From positions 37,272 to 101,271 of the forward strand of contig PLBO01000131.1 of the NCBI GenBank assembly GCA_003134555.1: DNA of 64,000 nucleotides, read 5' to 3'. Positions 59,955 to 64,000 of this stretch are shown one piece after another. Position numbers and translations under genes: made by a program. This DNA comes from Actinomycetota bacterium (lineage in GTDB: Bacteria > Actinomycetota > Acidimicrobiia > IMCC26256 > PALSA-610). A model generated the notes under the pieces. That model was given only the letters and a program-made list of their open reading frames with translations, had not been told where the DNA came from and did not search any database. Within the stretch, counting starts at the first letter, position 1, and each line of letters begins with the position of its first letter.

Positions 59955-62900
59955 TCACGCGCGCCGCAGGAAGCCGCCCCGGTTGAACGTGAGTCCGTAG
60001 CGCTCGGCGTCCTCGTCGGCCACGAAGTCCTTGTGGCGGCTCAGAATCGCGCGCACGGCCTCCGCCGGGCCTTTGCCGAACGCGGGCCAGACGGGATGGC
60101 CGTTGACGATCGTGCCTTCCACGACGACGTAGGAACCCGTCGGAACGAACGGCTCGTAGGCGTTGAACTCGGCGCGGGTTTGCTCCGTTCCCAGCCACGA
60201 TCCCAGGACGACGAGCGCGCGCCCGTCGCCGGTGAGCGCGCGCACGCGCTCCACTGTCTCGGCCTCGTACGTTGATCCGGTGAGGTATTGAACACGCGGA
60301 TGCATCGGGCGGTGGGGGTCGGAGTCGGCGTCGATCGACACGACCTGCCCGGTGCCGAGGAGCTCGCAGACCGACGCGAGGAACAGGGCGCGTCCGCCGG
60401 TGCCGGTGCCGGTCTCGATGATCCAATCCGGCCGGACGCGCTCGATGAGCTCCTGATACGCGAAGAGGTCGGTCGGTGCTTTGTCGACCTTGGTGCCGAG
60501 CCAACTTGCCTGTCGCCATGAGAGGCTGTGCCAGAAGGCGTCGATGAAGCTCCACTTCGTCTCGTCGGGGATGATCGCGGGCTCGCGAGGGATTCCGTTG
60601 CCGCTGTCGTTGTCTCGTCCCCCGAGGAACGCCGGCGCGGCCAGGTTGCGGGCACGGGTTCGCAACGCCGCGGGCACCATCGTTCCGACATAGTGAATCG
60701 GCTTGTCGGGATGCCGGTACATGCGGCCGCGTAGTTGCGTGTAGTCCTGGCCGAACGTGAGTATCGCGTCGCGCCGTCCGGAGGAATCGGAGGTGTTGGT
60801 CGTGGTTCCGCCGTGGAACTGGTGGAACGAACCCTCGCCGAGCAAGGTCGTGAGATTGACCCCGGGCGTCGAGGCGATGCGCTCGAAGAAATCGAGGTTC
60901 GCGAAGCCACCGCCGGGCACCGAGAAGCTCTCGTCGAAGCAGCCGGACTGCTCGAGGAGCGAGCGAGGAACGAACAGGCAATTGCTCTCCCACAGGGTGT
61001 CGAGCCAGTCGCGTTCGCCGATGAAGTGGCCGATCTCGAAGAGCCGGTAGCCGTCGAGCGGCCACTGGATCTTCTTGAACAAATTGTCTTCGTACGCCTG
61101 GTTGTAACCCAGGCGGCCCGTGTCGGGCTGTTGGCCGGGCCCGAGGTACCAGAGCTGGGTCGCGACGATCGACGGCGCGTAGGTGTCGATGCCGGCCATC
61201 CCGTGGTGCAGCACGCCGGGCGTCACAACGTGCGCGCCGTCGATCATGAACGCGATCGTGGTTCCGGCGGCGATCGACGCGCCGCGATTCAGCGCGTCGG
61301 CGGGCGAGGGCGTGGCTTCGTCGGCGAGGTCGAGGAGCCGGAACTCCGGACCGAAGCTCTGCACGAATTCCTCGGTCAGACGCTGGTCGGGCGAGGAGCC
61401 GTTGTCGACCGCGATGATCTCGTAATCGAGATCATCGACGTCGCGCTGGTACGCGCGCGACAAGGAGTGCAGAGTGCGCTCGGCCTCGCGGCGCATGTTG
61501 TAGAAGACGACGACGACCGAGAGGTCTTTGCTCCCGAGCGCCGGGACCGGCCGGGCCTTGGCGCGGCGTGGCGACGGCGGTTGGCGTGGCGTGTGGGTTG
61601 GCCTGAGGAAGATTCGCCGGGCGAAGCGGCCGGCGCGAGATGTCGTGACGGAGCTGGCGTGCTCGGCCTGGTGCGTCTTCCGCCAGAACACGCCCGCCGC
61701 GTCGACGCGCTCGATCGGATCGGTGATGGCGTGCCGGGTGCGGAACGCGTCGACGGCCTTCTGGCACTGCGGGGTCGCATAGTCGTCGATCACGACGAAC
61801 CCGCCGATTGAGACCCGCCGGTAGAGGCGATTGAGCGCGGCGCCGGTCGTCGACCCGAGACCTCCACCGATCCGAATGAGCGCGACCTGCTCGATCGGCG
61901 CGTCGGTCAGCGTCTCTTCGGGCGCTCCCTGCAGAAAATGCACCTGTTCGTCGAGAAGATGGAACCGGTCGAACGCCTCGCGCACCACGTTGATGTCGGT
62001 CGAAACGTCGAGGAGTCGTTTGGGGTCGGGGTCGTCGGACACCTTGAACCGGTCCGCAACCCAGACCGCGCGGCCGCTCAGCTCGTGCGCGTCGATGTAG
62101 CCACGAAGGAAGATGGCTCCGCCGCCCCGTGCGGTCCCACATTCGACAAAATCGCCCGCTACGCCTTCGCGGCGCACGGTGTCGAGGCACTGCTCGAGCT
62201 GGTCGAGTCGCCGGCGACCCATGTCGGTGAATGGGAGCAGCGATGCGGCTTCACCCCGCCGGTAGCCGGCCGCGCCCGTCCGGCGCGCGTTCACGAGCCG
62301 CTCCATCTCCTTGGACATCGTGCGCATCGGGTCGCGCAACTTCGCCGGCTCGGGCCGGCGCTCGTTGGTGGTGCACGAAACCAGGTACTTGAGCCGCGCC
62401 TCGTTCTCGAGGTAGTGCTCGTCGAGGAGCGAGCCTTTCAGCAGGTCGAGGTAGCGCTTCGCGCGCCGTTCGAGCCGGGGATCCTGCCCGTAGAACATGT
62501 TGTGGTACGTCAGCAGCGACTCGAGCCGGAGCGACTCTGCGAGCTCGAGGAGCTCGCCGCGTCCTTCGGCGCCCTCCAGCCAGTCGAGCACCTCCTCCAG
62601 CTTCGGATGGCGGTCGAGCTGCTCCTGCTCGACGACGATCGCCAGCCCGAAATAGATCGGGAGCACGACGCGGCGCAGCGGGCGGTCGTACTCCTTCATG
62701 AAGTCGTCGAGCGCGGTCATGACGCCGTTGCGTTCGCCGCCTTCGAGCGTCGCATTGTCGAGGGTCGGGCTCAGGCCGCCCTTCGGGAGGAGCTGGGACC
62801 GCCCGGGGCGCATGCCGAGCTGCTCGTGCGGCTGGCGGAACTCGGCCGGGACCCGCTCGGGCGTGTAGTAGAGGTCTCGGCGTCCGTAGGGCCACAGGAC

Positions 62901-63269
62901 GTCGTGCATGACCAGCACCGGCAGGGGTTCGTCGGCCTTGCGGGCGACGTCGGCCAGCATCTTCAGCTCGTGGTAGACGGTGTACCAGTTGTGGTCGCCG
63001 TCGACGAGCGCGACGTCCATCGGTGGCAGCTGCGGGAGCACGTTGTGACTGATGTCGCGATGGAAGACGTAGCGACCCGGGAAGCGCCGTTCGTGCTCGC
63101 TCGGATCGAAGTCGGGTACGGGGTCGATCACGTGGAACTCGGCGTCCGCACCCAGCCCCTCGAGCATGCGCGCGGTCGTGTCGCCACGCAACGCGCCAAT
63201 CTCGACGACCCGCCTGGCGTCCGCCGCCCGAATGATGGGCTCGATGGCGATCTTCCAGAACGGATACAT
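59955..63269 (-). CDS. four-domain glycan-tailoring enzyme: class I MT + TylF-like O-MT + GT2 glycosyltransferase + CmcI/rhamnosyl-O-MT-like domain
   Basis: Continuous 1104-aa ORF. Domain 1: VVEIGALRGDTT...VDGDHNWYTVYHEL. Domain 2: GDFVECGTARGGGAIFLRGY...IGGFVVIDDY. Domain 3: LSVVVVFYNMRREAERTLHSL...IIAVDNGSSPD. Domain 4: WLGTKVDKAPTDLFAYQELIERVRPDWIIETGTGTGGRALFLAS...VSIDAD. Confidence 0.75.
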   Translation of the reverse strand: MYPFWKIAIEPIIRAADARRVVEIGALRGDTTARMLEGLGADAEFHVIDPVPDFDPSEHERRFPGRYVFHRDISHNVLPQLPPMDVALVDGDHNWYTVYHELKMLADVARKADEPLPVLVMHDVLWPYGRRDLYYTPERVPAEFRQPHEQLGMRPGRSQLLPKGGLSPTLDNATLEGGERNGVMTALDDFMKEYDRPLRRVVLPIYFGLAIVVEQEQLDRHPKLEEVLDWLEGAEGRGELLELAESLRLESLLTYHNMFYGQDPRLERRAKRYLDLLKGSLLDEHYLENEARLKYLVSCTTNERRPEPAKLRDPMRTMSKEMERLVNARRTGAAGYRRGEAASLLPFTDMGRRRLDQLEQCLDTVRREGVAGDFVECGTARGGGAIFLRGYIDAHELSGRAVWVADRFKVSDDPDPKRLLDVSTDINVVREAFDRFHLLDEQVHFLQGAPEETLTDAPIEQVALIRIGGGLGSTTGAALNRLYRRVSIGGFVVIDDYATPQCQKAVDAFRTRHAITDPIERVDAAGVFWRKTHQAEHASSVTTSRAGRFARRIFLRPTHTPRQPPSPRRAKARPVPALGSKDLSVVVVFYNMRREAERTLHSLSRAYQRDVDDLDYEIIAVDNGSSPDQRLTEEFVQSFGPEFRLLDLADEATPSPADALNRGASIAAGTTIAFMIDGAHVVTPGVLHHGMAGIDTYAPSIVATQLWYLGPGQQPDTGRLGYNQAYEDNLFKKIQWPLDGYRLFEIGHFIGERDWLDTLWESNCLFVPRSLLEQSGCFDESFSVPGGGFANLDFFERIASTPGVNLTTLLGEGSFHQFHGGTTTNTSDSSGRRDAILTFGQDYTQLRGRMYRHPDKPIHYVGTMVPAALRTRARNLAAPAFLGGRDNDSGNGIPREPAIIPDETKWSFIDAFWHSLSWRQASWLGTKVDKAPTDLFAYQELIERVRPDWIIETGTGTGGRALFLASVCELLGTGQVVSIDADSDPHRPMHPRVQYLTGSTYEAETVERVRALTGDGRALVVLGSWLGTEQTRAEFNAYEPFVPTGSYVVVEGTIVNGHPVWPAFGKGPAEAVRAILSRHKDFVADEDAERYGLTFNRGGFLRRA

Positions 63270-63469
63270 GCGATGTCCCCCAGCAGGCCTTATTGCGGAT
63301 TTGGCGCTAGCCAGAAAACGCTAACAGATGGAAAGCCGGGCCCGTTCGTACGCGTACCGGGAAATTGCGCCATTTCCCCGGCGAACGCGTCGCTTTGACC
63401 GAGCGTGTCCCGTATGGATCTTGCCCCGGCGCCGGTATCTTTGACGCGATGACGACGGTGGGGCGAGGC

Positions 63470-64000
63470 ATGCGGCTCGGGATCGTCGAGCCCCACCTCA
63501 AGACCTTCGGTGGCATCCGGCGGATGGTGGAGTTCGCGAATCGCCTCGTCGCCCGGGGGCACCACGTCGCGTTCTACCTTCCCGACGGCGAGGAGCTCTC
63601 GTGCACCTGGATGCCGTGCTCGGCCGCGATCAAGCCGATGTCCGAAGGCTTCGGCGACGTGCTCGACGTCGTGATCTTCAACCACGAGCCGCAGTGGCAT
63701 CTGCTGGAGCGATTCCGCGGCGCTCGACGCCGGGTCTTCTATGCGCTGCACGACGGTTGGCTTTACGGCAAGGAAGGGAGCTGGGAGAGCGCCCGGGCGC
63801 CGGTCGACCTTCAGCTCGCGAACAGCAACTGGACGGCCGACCGCCTCTTCGCCGAGACCGGACACCGCCCCGTCGTCCAGCTCGGGGGAGTGAATCGAGA
63901 CACTTTTCGACCATACGGAGGTCGCAAGAAGTACCAGGTGCTCTGCAGCGGCGAGGAGCTGCGCGACTGGAAAGGCACCGACACGGTGCTGACGGCGGGC
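63470..64000 (+). CDS. glycosyltransferase family 4-like (GT-B), 5' part; runs off the right edge
   Basis: Absent from the ORF track because it has no stop in the window. From ATG 63470 (or in-frame ATG 63449) it reads MRLGIVEPHLKTFGGIRRMVEFANRLVARGHHVAFYLP..., a typical GT4 N-terminal domain. It replaces the minus-strand ORF 63290..63865. Confidence 0.6.
   Translation, partial: MRLGIVEPHLKTFGGIRRMVEFANRLVARGHHVAFYLPDGEELSCTWMPCSAAIKPMSEGFGDVLDVVIFNHEPQWHLLERFRGARRRVFYALHDGWLYGKEGSWESARAPVDLQLANSNWTADRLFAETGHRPVVQLGGVNRDTFRPYGGRKKYQVLCSGEELRDWKGTDTVLTAG

Noticed and set aside
63290-63865. A minus-strand 191-aa ORF at the right edge.
   Set aside because: The plus strand from ATG 63470 gives a typical GT4 N-terminal domain that stays in frame to the window end. 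The minus ORF has no motif and overlaps it.
1-64000. A search for tRNA, rRNA, tmRNA, CRISPR arrays, insertion sequences and recognisable defence or secretion systems.
   Set aside because: I recognised none. The intergenic regions are short, and those over 150 bp lack cloverleaf-like or rRNA-like sequence. This negative result comes from reading by eye and should be confirmed with tRNAscan, Infernal and defence-system finders.

Overview
High-GC, densely coding chromosome segment of actinobacterial type. The type call rests on F420-type LLM oxidoreductases, an AftD-like GT-C enzyme, a Ppm1-like synthase, frequent GTG starts and many 1-4 nt stop/start overlaps. I support about 52 CDS. I saw no rRNA, tRNA, CRISPR array, transposase or integrase. 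All product calls come from motif recognition in the translated ORFs, because no database search was possible.

Layout:
- 1-10.2 kb: acyl-CoA / amino-acid-derivative catabolism. Two acyl-CoA dehydrogenases, a CoA ligase, a family III CoA-transferase, TetR, a D-aminoacylase-family amidohydrolase, a Zn-ADH, a VOC protein and an LLM oxidoreductase.
- 10.2-21.9 kb: envelope glycan cluster. GT39-like, PIG-V-like, FAD oxidoreductase, Ppm1-like GT2, methyltransferase, GT4 and a 1477-aa AftD-like GT-C protein.
- 21.9-35.1 kb: an ABC-F ATPase, then a LIV-type importer encoded unusually as two paralogous binding proteins, a LivH-LivM-LivG triple fusion and an MFS-LivF fusion. These are followed by an O-methyltransferase, an AbrB-type regulator with a duplicated Cys-rich tail, and an aldolase/dehydrogenase pair.
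- 35.5-52.4 kb: island of secreted or anchored surface proteins of unknown function. It holds a beta-helix protein, LAxTG and LPxTG sortase substrates, a 14-blade RCC1 / 2x Calx-beta protein and Cys-rich proteins.
- 52.6-64 kb: glycan or glycolipid tailoring locus. Two sulfotransferase types, an LbH acetyltransferase, a PhyH dioxygenase, a membrane acyltransferase, two secreted esterases, a 1104-aa four-domain MT-MT-GT2-CmcI enzyme and a GT4.

Most notable sequence-level signal: a 16-bp palindrome, CTGAC-N6-GTCAG. It occurs five times perfectly and once as a TTGAC variant, always intergenic, directly upstream of the catabolic and transporter operons. This makes it a candidate operator of a regulon whose regulator I cannot assign from this window. 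The fused transporter and the four-domain tailoring enzyme are the most unusual protein architectures.
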